A stretch of 64,000 nucleotides of DNA, from positions 1,313,628 through 1,377,627 of the forward strand of contig OZ037771.1 of assembly GCA_964035545.1 (NCBI GenBank), in the 5' to 3' direction. Both the position numbers and the translations under genes were made by a program. The notes under the pieces are model-generated. The model saw nothing but the letters and a program-made list of their open reading frames with translations, had not been told where the DNA came from and ran no database searches. The DNA comes from Bugula neritina (lineage: Eukaryota > Animalia > Bryozoa). This document shows positions 51,299 through 64,000 of the stretch, one piece after another (positions within the stretch are counted from its first letter, which is position 1; each line of letters opens with the position of its first letter).

Positions 51299-53788
51299 CT
51301 AAAACCTTGCTGTTTCACTTCCCTCTATTTTTGGCAGCGTCTTGACAGCTGCTGTCTTCCTTATGGGTCCTCTCCTGGGGTCAATCACTCTCTGGTCTTC
51401 CGGAATATTCCTAAATACACAACAAATGAGTATATATGTTCCTAAACATACAATACATAAATATAATACATTCCTAAATATACAATATGAGTATATAGTC
51501 AACATCTACTAAATTCAAATTTTATTGGCATCTGCCTCATTCAAAACTGTTCATAACTAGCAACATACTTTGAAGGATACTTTTTCCAATCACTAAACAT
51601 TAATCAAATTACTTAGAATTACATTTGAATACACTTCTCACCTCAGATTGGCGGTACTGGCAGCTTGCTGTTGAGTCTTTGCTTTCTTTAACATGTTATC
51701 CAGAGCAAAGTTTGCGGTGTTGATGTCTACTATATACTGTTTCCTCTCATCATTGGCCTACCAAACACCAGACATTAGATATAAGATACCCACATGAAGT
51801 GTGGTCATTCATTAAGAGTAAATGTGTGCATTGCATCACTTCAGAATATATTATACAGAATTATTGACCGTAAATTAAATCTTAATTCATCTTCAAGCTT
51901 TTATGACTAAAACGAGTAAAGACTGTAAAGGCTTCTATGAATATTCACTGTCTAATTTGTTTACAAATAAAAGTTATTTAAAATTTGTCAAACTTTAGAA
52001 TGGCTGCTAGTCTGTGGATAAAACAATATATTATATTACAATAAATCATACAATATTTATATTACAGAAAAATACAATATATTCATACCACAACTACCAA
52101 TATGGTATTCATATTACAATAAACAATATACAATATAGTTATACTGTTATGTCTCATATCAGTATGTTTGTACAGAATTACTTTATGATAGGCTTTGGAT
52201 TCCTGGTCTAGACGCCACTCAAGATCTCTTATTTGATTTTGAAGACTTGATTGTTGTTTCTGAAGATTTGCTATAGTCTGGGGAGTTGCCTGAAATAGAA
52301 TGTTTAGTCAATTGATACCATCATATGCATTCAACTTTTTAATTAGCAAAATCAAACCATTCAACACTTGAGGCAGCATTAAAGATTAGAGGAAAATATA
52401 AAAAATTCACATTCATAACAATGACTTCATTTTTCATAAAACCCAAGATACCTTAAAAATGAGTATCAGCTTACCAGAAAAAATTTTGTCTTTCAGTTTC
52501 TCAAAAGTTTTTAAATTACATTTTTAAATAGTTTACTAGATCTAGTTATTAAAACATAATAAACTGACATTTCAGCAATAGACCATTTGCCATGACAACT
52601 ATGACCATTTTGAGTGATATTTCATTATATAAATATTTTTTGTGCATAGTGCTTAATTTTAAAAGACAGTAAAAATTATTAACAAATTTCACTGACTGTT
52701 TTAAACAAGTTTTTATAAAGCTTTGAGTAAACATACTTATTGCAGAAAATACTAGAACAAAGTTACAGAGTATTACTAAACTGGCTAGTACCTCTGTAAT
52801 AAAGTCTTCAGTTGAGAGGCCATCACTAGGATGTTGGGAGCGGCGCACTAGAAAACAAAATAACAGAAATGAATAGAGTATAATCAGCAAACAAATAATA
52901 GGCAGCGATGAAACCATATTTTATCAAAACTCAACTAAGTTTAGTGAATAAAATACATACGTCTGTTGAGGTTGTGTCGAGTAGATTCTATTTTTTGCTG
53001 TAAAAGAAGAATTTGTTTTTGAAGCTGAACATTGATTTCCTCTTGAGTTTCATATCGAGTTTTCCATTCATTACCTAACATTAATAAAATCAAATATAAT
53101 ATATATAAATAAGTGGTATATGTACTGCAATTATTTGTGGATTAAAGTGCTTCTAGATGTTATAAGTTATCATAACCAAACCCATTATTACAACACATCT
53201 AAGCGGTATCTTACCTTCACTGTCGATACTATCAATTCTTTTTTCTAGCTGGTCCACAGTTTGCTTCATCTCTTGAGTTGAGTTTTCAAGCATCTCTCTG
53301 AGTTAGAAAATAGAGTATGGTATTACAAATGTACAAACAGCAATTATAATCAGTTTTATAGTAATAAGTGGCTAAAGCATGTCTTAAAATTATAACTCAT
53401 TTCTAGAGGAAACGACTTATGTAACATTTAAACACATTGACATATTCGACTATTTTATTCAAATTATACAAATAAAATTCAAGATTGAATTTCTACTTTA
53501 AGTTTCAAAAGATAACTTCAATTATTATTTTTGAGTTTGTGGAGATCAGAATGAAAATATCAACGTGAAAATTTAAATCACCATAAAATGAAAGTTGAAG
53601 TTACAAAAATATGGAATTATATTAAAAAATAGAGCTTTCAATACGCACAATAATATTTAGTTTAAAATATAGACAACTATTGTTAGTCTTCTGTTTAAAT
53701 CTCACTTCATTTGTTTTTCTTGAGCGATTTCTGCTTTAATTTTCTCCAACTCATACTCATCTGTGTAAAAACTGTCATCGTCCGCCAT
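51299..53788 (-). CDS. CCDC169: Coiled-coil domain-containing protein 169 (DUF4600)
   Basis: Reconstructed peptides GNEWKTRYETQEEIN.QLQKQI, LEWRLDQESKAYHK/ANDERKQY and DPRRGPIRKTAAVKTLPK match CCDC169 hallmarks. An alternative in-frame ATG lies at 53797. Confidence 0.85.
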
Positions 53789-54759
53789 GATGGTCATCGT
53801 TGCTGTGCAACAGTAGTACTCAGCAATACCGCAACTAACAAATTTATATCAGATAAAACAACAAATATTAATTTAATTTAAAAAAACTGAATTAAATATA
53901 TTTTTATATACAAATATAACAAGTTACCAGTAAAAGTGTTGTGTGGTAACTGTAGCTAGATCACGTGGTGTAATCATTTCTCTTTGCAAAACGAAAGTGA
54001 ATTATTAATCGCAACTTCTCAGTCGTCTGCAGTCGGATCCAAGGTCAAATAATAAAATACTTTGTGGTTAACAGGTTTTACTAAAATTTTTAGAAGTTTA
54101 CCTTCTTTCCTAGTTGCTTTACAACTCTTCGCTTTTTATTTTTATCATTTAGACAGATGGAATTTGACATTCATATTCATATTCATATTGTGGATCATGA
54201 TTAAATAATCATTGGACTAACTCTAAGTCATTAAACTTAAAGTTAAGCGATAAGACTAGCTCCAAGGCTTGGGCTTAGAGATATTTTGACTTGTATCAAA
54301 ACTCATTACATTGAACCATTTAGTATCCAAAAGATTTGCTCACTGTCAGATTTATGGTCATCACATTATCCATTAATAATTTAATGAGTAATCATTCGAC
54401 TATGAGTATCAGTATGAGTCTGAGTACTTCAAGGTTAGATCATATTGATACTGCCTTACTGATACAAGGCTTAGTAAAAGAGAAAAATGTAGTTGTAGTT
54501 ATGTATTCTGTAAATTAAAAAAAAACCAATTTGTATCTCACTTTTTTATACATAAAGTACTTTTCAATTATAGCTTTTTATAAGCAACAAGAGTAAATGA
54601 GCTGTAGATAGTTGTAAAATGCCTGAATTTTTTATTCAAATTGTAAAGTAAAAAGAGTAACTATAGGATGTTTTATTGCACTTGTGACATTTGTGATATC
54701 TGTTATATTTCTTTAGAACAATCATGACACTGAAATAGGGTTACTGAAACTCTCAGTCT
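53789..54759. promoter_or_regulatory. Probable bidirectional promoter region, CCDC169/WDR17
   Basis: Start codons are head-to-head <1 kb apart. X-box-like GTTGCTGTGCAAC at 53799-53811, E-box TCACGTGG near 53961 and a local CpG cluster. Confidence 0.55.
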
Positions 54760-57700
54760 ATGGACCAGCCTATCCAGCTTGCCCTACTTGCTGCTGGCTG
54801 TCAACCCTGGAACTCCCAGGTTACAGCTGCCTCTGGAAAAAGATTTGCTTACTGTGCAACTTTAACAGTATATATTTTTGAGGTACTCTTCCACTTTAAT
54901 TAAAAAAAGGCAAAAATAGTTTGAAAAGGTTTTTAGGCTTTTCAGTTGATTGTTTTTGCTTTTTTCTAAATCCAACTAATAGTTTAGTTTTATACTGCAG
55001 GCAGACGAGAAAACTGGGCAATATGTGTTACATTCAATATTTGCTGAGAATAAGCAAAGAATTACATGCATTTGCTGGCACCCATCTGACCCCAACCTGC
55101 TCTGCACTACCAGCTGCAACGGAACTGTTATAATCTGGGATGTCGAGCAGCAGAAAGTTTTCAAACAGGTGTCTGGAGATATTCATCTTATTCATCTAAT
55201 TCAGTGCTTCTAAAGATTATGATATTGTTAAAAGGAACTGTCGCTAGTCTGAGGTCAAAACTTATAAACATACTTGTCAACTGCGAACTTTTTTTTGGTC
55301 AGGGCTACTGGCTAAGCTACTTTTGGCCCAAGCTATTGGGTTGATTTATTGTAATGTAATATAATAATATTATATGAAAATGCAATATAACATAATAGTG
55401 CAATGTGTTATACTACAGTATAGTAATATAATATTATAATGTAACGCAGTGTAATATAATTAAGTAATATGGTATATTATAATGTAACACACTATAATAT
55501 AATAAAGTAATATAAAATTCTCTTATAGATAAAGTATCCCAAAGACAAGCCTGTGAACTGCTGTTTCTACTCCAACTGCCTAGCATTTGCTACAAAGTCT
55601 GTGGCCGTCAACCTTTGGGAGTGAGTCTATATACACGTCACTTTCTTATCAATCAAACGCCAAAACATTCTGAGTAGTCGTAATGCTAATATTGTTGCTT
55701 TGAGGGATTTCTTTGCATAAAATTTTGAATGTAATAATTTTTAACTTATAACTAAAGGAGGGCTACTGTATTGACCAATGAGCTGTAAGGCGCTGTCTCA
55801 CTTGATTCATCTCAACGCTGAATAGTGAACAGATTCAACTCTAAGACTTGTCATCTTGGCAGCATTCGTCTGTCACAAGTCAGCATTGAGAATCGACCCC
55901 TGACCTCCTTTACCTTAAATAGTTACATTGTAATCTCTCACTTCACTAGACATATTTGATGTTAGCAGAGAAAGAGCGGACGACTCTTATTAAAATTATT
56001 TTTACATTATTCAGTTTAGTCTATTTCTAGATATAACTCCGGACAGGCTGTTCGCACACCCCCCTCGTACAACTGTTCATTTAGCTCTGACGTCACCATC
56101 ATCAAGTTCTGTTCTCTTGGAGAGTCTGGAAAGGTTTTAGTTGGCCACAAGAATGGCACCGTGTCGCTTCTCTGTTACGGTGTGTACACTTACACTGCAT
56201 ACTTACACTGTATACTTACATTACATACAGTATCTACACTTACACTGTATACTTACATTATATACAGTATCTACACTTACACTGTATACGCAGGTCAAGT
56301 GGTTGCTATGTACGCAGGTTAAATGGTTGCTATGTACGCAGGTTATATGGTTGCTATGTACGCAGGTTAAATGGTTGCTATGTACGCAGGTTAAATGGTT
56401 GCTATATACGCAGGTTAAATGGTTGCTATGTACGCAGGTTAAATGGTTGCTATGTACACAGGTTAAATGGTTGCTATGCACGCAGGTTAAATGGTTGCTA
56501 TGTACGCAGGTTAAATGGTTGCTATGTACGCAGGTCGAAAGCCCCAGAAGCATGTCAGTATATTGGACGAAGATGATGAAAATGATAATGGCTATGAATC
56601 TCTAGTCACTGATATCCAATGGGACCCACATTCAACTGATTATGCACTTGTATCTAGATATCAATGTGGGCTCATTATGATGGACACGAACAAGTGAGAA
56701 CTTAGGCTACTAACTGTTCAAAGTTTTAGTCAACAATTGATTGTAGTTTTAAGTAATTCATGGTTAGAAAATATGTTGAACCTGTTCAAAGAAAATATTT
56801 CCTGTAGATCTCAAATCAATTTTTATATTTTATGTTTTTTTAGAGTTTGATACTACTTCTGTCTTTTATTCTGATATGATTGTCATTTTAATAGATTTTT
56901 TAGTTTTATTTTTTTGCTGCCTTTGAAAATAATTTATTGTGGGACTGGATGTCAGTAATTTTGGCATTGAAATTTTAGTCACAAATTAGTATATGGTGAT
57001 CTTGTAGTATGTCGGTGTTGATGCGATACTCGATGCCATCTAGAGCGGTGTACGTGCAGTGTTTAGCCTGGGTTCCTGGTGCCTCGGGAACCTTTGTGAC
57101 GGGAGATCAACAGAACGGAATACTTAGAATATGGAACGTCTCTAAAGCAGAACCATTAGAAAGTGTCAAGATTAAGACTACAGGTTAGAGAACAGCTCTC
57201 AAAATACAGTACACCCTTTTCCATGTCCCTATTACTCTACTCATAATTAAGAGTTGTGTCCCCTTAGCAGGTACATTCTTCAACTTTATTATATAGACCA
57301 GTCTCATTAAAAAATTTAAAGTTGGACTGCTACATAAAACCCAACCTATGCTATATGCTGTATAACGGTTCTTTTAGGAAAAACTAATCTGTTAATAGAA
57401 CACATTTTAGCATTTCAAAATTTAACATTTTTTCATAGTAAGTTTGGAGAAAAAAATCAGCTTGAAAAAATTTTCATTATCATTTGTTTAATGGGAAATG
57501 CCACCACTCTGGTTAATAGAAGCTTGATTGAGTTATGTACCTGCTAAGGGGGCACAACTCTCAGTTATAGACTAAGTATCGGACACATTGGTCTATTTAT
57601 TCCGCATTTCCTTTGCATATGTGTACAGACTCTGTGACTTTCTCTGCTGACAGGGTTTCATGCTATGTCAGCATTACAAAGGCAGACGGCAGGTATAGCC

Positions 57701-60700
57701 ACTGACTCAGTGACAGCAAGACATCAGGTTGGGGCGGGCGTTGTGTCCCCCATATTTCTAGTGTGCACCTTCTCAGATGGCGGTGTGGGACTCTATGACC
57801 TTAGTCTACGCAGGTGGACGTACCTCAAGGAGAAGGTGACAGCATTTTTATTCTTCTTTTAGCTGTTGCAGGCAGCATGATGTTTACTTATCTTCAATAA
57901 CAAATAAAATAATTTATAAAGTTATTAATAAAAAAGATCTCTTGATTGCTATACAGGGGCAGACATTCTTATGTGGCTTTAATGTTCAGTTGACTTTCTT
58001 CTCTTTGCAGCATATTTGGACTTTAAAAGTGTTTAATTTCAATGTGTATTAAATTTCGTTAACAAATTGCAATAATTTTGTTGATATCATTCATTTGTCT
58101 GTCTATTTGTTTTATTTACATTTTGGAGCGTTTGCTTATTGTAATGTATTTTTATAATTACTCTAGTTTTGAGTAACTTTGTTGATGTTCATGGGAGATG
58201 ACAACTCCAATTGTACCTGTAAAATGCTTTAAATTCTGGTCAGCCAAAATTCTAATGCATGCACTCGTGCTTCTTTAAGAATTCTGGTCACCCAGAATTT
58301 TTAAAGAAGCACTTAAAGCAAGATCTCTGTTACATAACATAGGCTGACCTTTTGCTGTCTAGGGTCACACAGAGACAGTATTTGACTGCAAGTTCAGCAC
58401 ATCTGATGCGACCCGGCTAGCCACAGCTAGCTTTGATGGCAGTGTAAAAGTATGGGATGTGTCACAACCCGAACTCAAATTTGTATGTATGTTCAGATAG
58501 TGTTGTTCTGCTAAACTTTAAATATGGTGAGCTAAAAGTTGGTACGCTGTGCTAAACTGAGCTAAAAGTTAGTACGCTGTGCTAAGCTCAGCTACATTAG
58601 TCCCGGCTGCCATGTTGCATTATGCATTGATATTTTGCTCTGTATAGAAAGTTCTATGATTTATAAGCGAATTTAATTGTATTTTATTTGTGATGCATAC
58701 AAACTAGTTTTATAACAAGATTATACAAGATATACAAGTTATAATACGTTCAAACGTGGCTAAGCCAATTTATATAAGTAAGTAATCCTGTTTCACAAGT
58801 TGCTAATACTGTTCGTGTCAGGAGTGTAGCTCTCCCGGGAATGAAGGAATACTGTACCAGATCAGCTGGGCACCATCTAATCTCAACTGCATTGCCGTGG
58901 CGTCTGCTAAGCATGGAATGTTTATTTGGAATATTAGTAAAGGGAAGATAACTCACCGTTATCATGACGTGAGTCTCATCACCCATTTGGCTCATGTAAT
59001 ACTGTGTAGTATAGACCGCAAACATTATCTTGATTTAGTAAGCAATCTATTTGTATCCTTGACCCTGCATGGTGTGTGATATCTCTTAGCCTGTGTTCCA
59101 GCATGGTCATGAGGTGTGTGTGTACACGGTGTGCTGGAATCAGATTGACTCAACAAGGATCCTCACTGGAGGTGCAGACGGATATGCGTATGTTATCAGT
59201 TCTTATTTGTAATACAGTTTCCTGTCTATCGCCAAGTTTCTGTACAAGTCTAAAGAGGTGGGTCGACACAAAACTTCGTTCTGGTGTCTGTCTGTTCACA
59301 TATTCTCACAATTGTTTTAGAGTGGTGAGACAGATTGACGGAGATGGTGTCGTGAGATTCGATCACAATGGTGCAGCAGTGTACGGCTGCGAGTGGTCGC
59401 CTTCGGACCAGTGAGTTTGCTATAACAGCAAGTCGAACAAAATGAATACTAAACTCAGAATTTTTTTTCAATTTTTGGGCTGAAGATAAAGCTGGTTCAC
59501 AACTGGCATCACCACTGGCGATCTAGAAATTAAGGAGTTATCTGCACTTTATCTTGTGTTTAAGTCAGTCACTCTCTCCTCAAGGTCGCTGTTTGTCACT
59601 GGAGCAGAAGATGGTAAAGTGCGGGTGTTCTGTCAGCCACTTCTAGGGCAGCAGGGAAACGCTGACTTAGTCTGTAAACCTGTGAGAGTGTTTGAAGGTC
59701 ACAGCAGCAAATCTTTCCACGTCAAGTTCTCCCCTCTGCGGGACGGGTACTTAGCTAGCGGAAGTGACGACAGGTCAGTGTACTCTTATTGCTAGTTGGG
59801 GGTTAGACTACGCATCCCTCTAAACTAAAAACTTAACTATAAAATACTCTTTAGCGGCTGCTTGTAAAAAACTAATTTTTATTATCAATTTTTTTGTTCT
59901 TCTGAACTGTTGTTATTCTCAAGATTCGTCTTCCTTTTTTTAAATGATTTCACATTAACAGCACTATAAGAATATGGAGCTATGGTGAAGCAAAGTGTAT
60001 GCAGGTTCTCACTGGCCACAAGTCTAATGTTAGGGGGTTGTGCTGGAGTCCCGAGATAGCTTACCTCTTATACTCAGGGTCCTGGGACTACTCCATCATT
60101 CTCTGGGATATCAGAGATGGGTCTAAACTTTGCACCCTTGATGGGCACAGTGGAGATGTATATGGTATGTCTACCTGTATATGTCTACCTGTGTGTCTAC
60201 CTGTATATGTCTACCTGTATATATCTACCTGTATATGTCTACCTGTGTGTCTACCTGTGTGTCTACCTGTATATGTCTACCTGTATATATCTACCTGTAT
60301 ATGTCTATGTTATGTGTATAAAATTACTCCATGCTGTAACTAGCAGTTTATTGTACAGCAGAGTCTGGTTGTAAACTATTTTGTTGATATTTGGAGTTGT
60401 GTTTCCATAAATATCATAACTGTTTTGGAATACTCACTTACTACTAAATTGCAGTCACATTGCAGGTCTCTCTATTCATAAAAACAGACCCTTCATTCTC
60501 GCCTCTTCTAGTAGAGATTCAACCGTTAGACTCTGGTCCACGTATCAAGTTGTCTCCTCTCTTCCGATTGCTGTCCTTGCCAAGGTCAGCTGGTCTCAAA
60601 TCTTCGCTACTCCTGGTAAGTGGATCATACTTTCCAGTAATTTAATATAAATTCAATAACTTCAAATAGCTGGTTTGGTTACAGCGTCTAGTTGCGTTCA

Positions 60701-63700
60701 AAGTAAGCTTTTTAACATCCTATACTAAATGAATTACAGTTAGCATCTCACAGAGTTATTAATGATGTTAGCAAGAGCACCCGTCACACTGGCTGTAGCT
60801 TTTATATAATCTGAGAAAACCTCCCCCTCCTTAGTATTGGAACTTACCCCAGTCTTTGTGGCTATAAACAAATTATAACTAAAACATAATGGGAATGCAT
60901 GCTCAGATGAACAGAGTTGAGTTTGATGTAATTTGTAGAGGTGTTACATAACAGAAACTGCATAGGTATGGGTAACATTCAGCTAAATTTCCTGCTCACA
61001 GAGTTTTGTTCTAACATATTCTGTTGCCATGTTTTATGTTGTTTCGGCTGCATGCATCTAATAATAGATTCACAGTAGTAAGTGTGTTGTAACTCTGTTA
61101 TGAAACCCATTGTGTTTCGCCTATAAAAGCCTGCAGTTTGTGGCTGTTCTAAACACTGTAGTGTCTTATGATGTTTTTATTAGTGACCCATTCTATTCAC
61201 CTGTGCCAAGCAGGCATTTGTTGTAAGTTTTTATTTTTTTGTATTAGTGGCGTCCATAGAGTATTAAATCATATTTTATAATAGAGTTAATTATGTGATT
61301 TTAAATAAAAACTAAAATTATATAGCCACTATAAGCTTTAATAAGCTCTAATACGAAATTCTACGTTGATAGTAAAGTTGGCTCAGTTTTTTGCTGGATT
61401 CATGATGTTATGTTACATTATATAATCTCCTTTAAAATAATTACCAAGTTATGAAAAAAAATCCCGTGAACCAGATTTGAACTGGTGACCTAAGGATATC
61501 TAGCTTACAACTACAGTCCTCCGCTCTACCAACTGAGCTATCACGGGCTTGTGATTCTTTACCCATATATAAATTGAGATATCAGTATATAGCTAAGTTG
61601 TTGTTGGCAACCAAACAATGGTAATTCCTCCACAGGAAGCAACCATTCAGTTGCTAAGCTTTCAAACTTGATACACATGAAACAGGAAACTAGCTGTTAT
61701 TTCATTTATCAGTCCCATATATTTTCATAAATTTTGTCTTTATTCTGAAAAAAGGAAACACATCCATTACCTAAAATATCAGCTACATAGAAAATCACTG
61801 GCATTTGGAAAGTTGCATGTAAAAGACAGTTTTTCGAAAATAAATGAGGCAGAGACACCAAGTTTTTGAAAATACATTATTTGCATTAACTTTCAACAAT
61901 CCCATACACAGTTTATTTTTAGTACCATCATTAAAACTAGTCACTAGTATTCTGTGTTTAGTTTTGATAGTGAATTTTACTTATGGAAATTACAGCAGAG
62001 TATTGTTAGATTTATTTGCTTTCGGTTTTGTCGTAGAGGTTGCTATGGCAACAGATTCTCCTCCACTGCTGTGTGGAAAGCTATCAGATACAATATGCAA
62101 GCAGATCGCAAGTAAAACACTGGATGATGTTATAGCCATTCAAAGCAAATTCCATCTTCTTTTTCAAGTCAGTTCTGTTTAACATTGTGTTTCCATGACG
62201 ATTTCTTGTTAATACGTAATCAATTGAAAAGTAATTAATTACGTATTATTATATTATTATATATCATTCTACGTAATTTGTAGTCTATTATTGTGATGTA
62301 TAATAATATATTATGTAATCATATGTATATCAAAATAACATTATATATCACTGTCATACTACATTGATTATCACATATTATATGAAAATAATAAATACAT
62401 TAACATATATTACATTAACATATTACATATATATCATAATACTTGTATCATTACGACTAGTTGCTATGCAACACTTTAGGTGCAAAGTTTCTATGCTTTT
62501 TTGTAATTTTCATAGACACGCTTGGGATAGACAACTCCAACTTATATGTACCACATTGACAAACATGTGTCTCCTTGTAGTACACGTTTGGGATAGAAAA
62601 TTTGTTGGACCTCGTCAAAGTAGTTCTGGGAAAACCCGAAAGTTCATTTTCTCGAGATTATGGCCGTGGCATAGTTCACACCAAGCACTTGACACGATAT
62701 AAACAGGTGGGAATAACTCTTGCATCTCTTTAAGTCGATTTCAGTTTACAGCATTTCAACATCGTTTGAAATTTTTATCTTAATGTAATTGCATACTTCA
62801 GGCTGAGGCTGCGGAGCTTGACATGGCTAGACAAACTTATCGAGGGGGTCAAATTGGCGCCCCCTCTCGACAAGATAAACTCCAACAAGCTGCTGACATA
62901 TATCTAAGGCTAGGAAACCTGGAGAAGTACTGTCTGCTCATGGTTGAGAGTCAGCAGGTGAGTTGATGTCATGTGACCTTTGAGATGATGTCATGTGACC
63001 TTTGAGTCGACGTCACATGACCTTTGAGATGTGCGGATAATTGGCGCTCTTACTATATAAGTTTCTGGCAAGTATTTGCTAACAAATTAAAACATTTTCT
63101 AGCCTATAGACATATAATTATAAGCATATATAAGCATATAAAATGTATTTAAATAATGCAGACTGACTATTCTATTGCTGTAGTTTTAGTGATCACATAA
63201 TTCCTTTGCGTGTTTCACATATTTACAAAGGCACACAAAAACCAAAGGTAGTTCTATTATATACATTTACTACTCTGTATTTATTTGAGATTAACATAAC
63301 ATTTTGTAGTGGGAGAGAGCACTCAGTCTGGCACCAGCCGTCTCTCACAAGTTCTGGAATTCTCTTCTGAGCAGGTAATTTACCTGGATTCATTCATCAC
63401 AGTATTATGAATTATATTACGCAGTGTGGGTATGTATAGTTTGTAATTGTCTTCTCGCTTTATGAATAATTTATGTAAGAGTTGTCTTCTTAGGTACACG
63501 GAATACTTGAGAGCAAATAAACCTAGTCAAGTCCTGCCCTATCAGACAGCAATGGGTGAGACAGAGGCCTTAGTCAATTACCATTTGTCTAATGGAACGT
63601 ATAGTGATGCCCTCATGGCTGCTGTGGTTGGGTTCCACGGTTCTAAGTCTTTTTCATCTGAGAAACATTCAGCAGACGGAGCTGGTGATGATGGATTAAC

Positions 63701-63709
63701 AGAAATCAG
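54760..63709 (+). CDS. WDR17: WD repeat-containing protein 17 (5' part; continues past the window end)
   Basis: N-terminus LLAAGCQPWN...AASGKRFAYCATL is diagnostic. Many WD40 exons (GHTETVFDCKF, LASGSDD, GHKSNVRGLCWSPE). C-terminal region has LRLGNLEKYC and WERALSLAPAVS. Confidence 0.93.
56284..56535. repeat. 24-bp minisatellite (TACGCAGGTTAAATGGTTGCTATG)n ending at a WDR17 acceptor
   Basis: About 10-11 copies, each with CAG/GT. The last one is the in-frame acceptor at 56533. Confidence 0.93.
60165..60308. repeat. 12-bp minisatellite (ATGTCTACCTGT)n starting at a WDR17 donor
   Basis: About 12 copies directly after the GTATGT donor. Confidence 0.88.
61462..61547 (-). tRNA. tRNA-Tyr(GTA) with 13-nt intron, antisense within a WDR17 intron
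   Basis: Cloverleaf with C1:G72, A73 and anticodon GTA (plus-strand tac 61512-61514). Intron TTGTAAGCTAGAT after position 37. Oligo-T terminator directly downstream. Confidence 0.95.
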
Positions 63710-64000
63710 GTTAGCTTTGTATATTGTCGAGTCTTTTCATAAAAACCATTCTTTTGAGCCTTTAAATCTCACAGAAGAGAATTGGGTTCTTTAAAGTATA
63801 AGCCAATTGTTTGTCACGGCTTGAGATTTTCCTTGAGTAGATGTAGTGGGTTTATCTTCACCTGATATATGAATAAAATAACTGAGTAAGCGAATGCGAA
63901 AGAGTAAACACTCTTATAGCTCATGTAGTTACAAACTTTGTCATTTCTCCTGCTTTTAGAGATTTGATGAGATTGACGACATACAAAATGGCGGAGCACT

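Overview
AT-rich animal (invertebrate, possibly lophotrochozoan) genomic DNA with multi-exon genes, reconstructed by hand from GT-AG junctions and reading-frame phase. In order: an LRR-Ig single-pass membrane protein (-) with a single-exon secreted acidic/Lys-rich ORF nested antisense in one intron; an F-box/LRR protein (+); a PAN/apple + fibrinogen-domain protein (-); a clan-3 cytochrome P450 with an atypical I-helix (-); a tRNA-Tyr-type gene whose anticodon reads GGA (-); a PHD-finger + PARG gene whose catalytic domain is split by a ~650-700 aa insertion carrying repeated AKAP-like helices and clustered RRxS sites (-); GAR1 with a U12-type intron (+); CCDC169 (-) head-to-head with WDR17 (+, runs off the window), which has a normal intron-containing tRNA-Tyr(GTA) inside an intron. 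Many introns carry minisatellites that copy the adjacent splice site, and promoter regions are flanked by degenerate 6-bp periodic tracts. Top leads: the PHD-PARG-AKAP-like protein, the anticodon-switched tRNA, the atypical P450 and the nested secreted gene. Exon boundaries are manual and not checked against transcripts.
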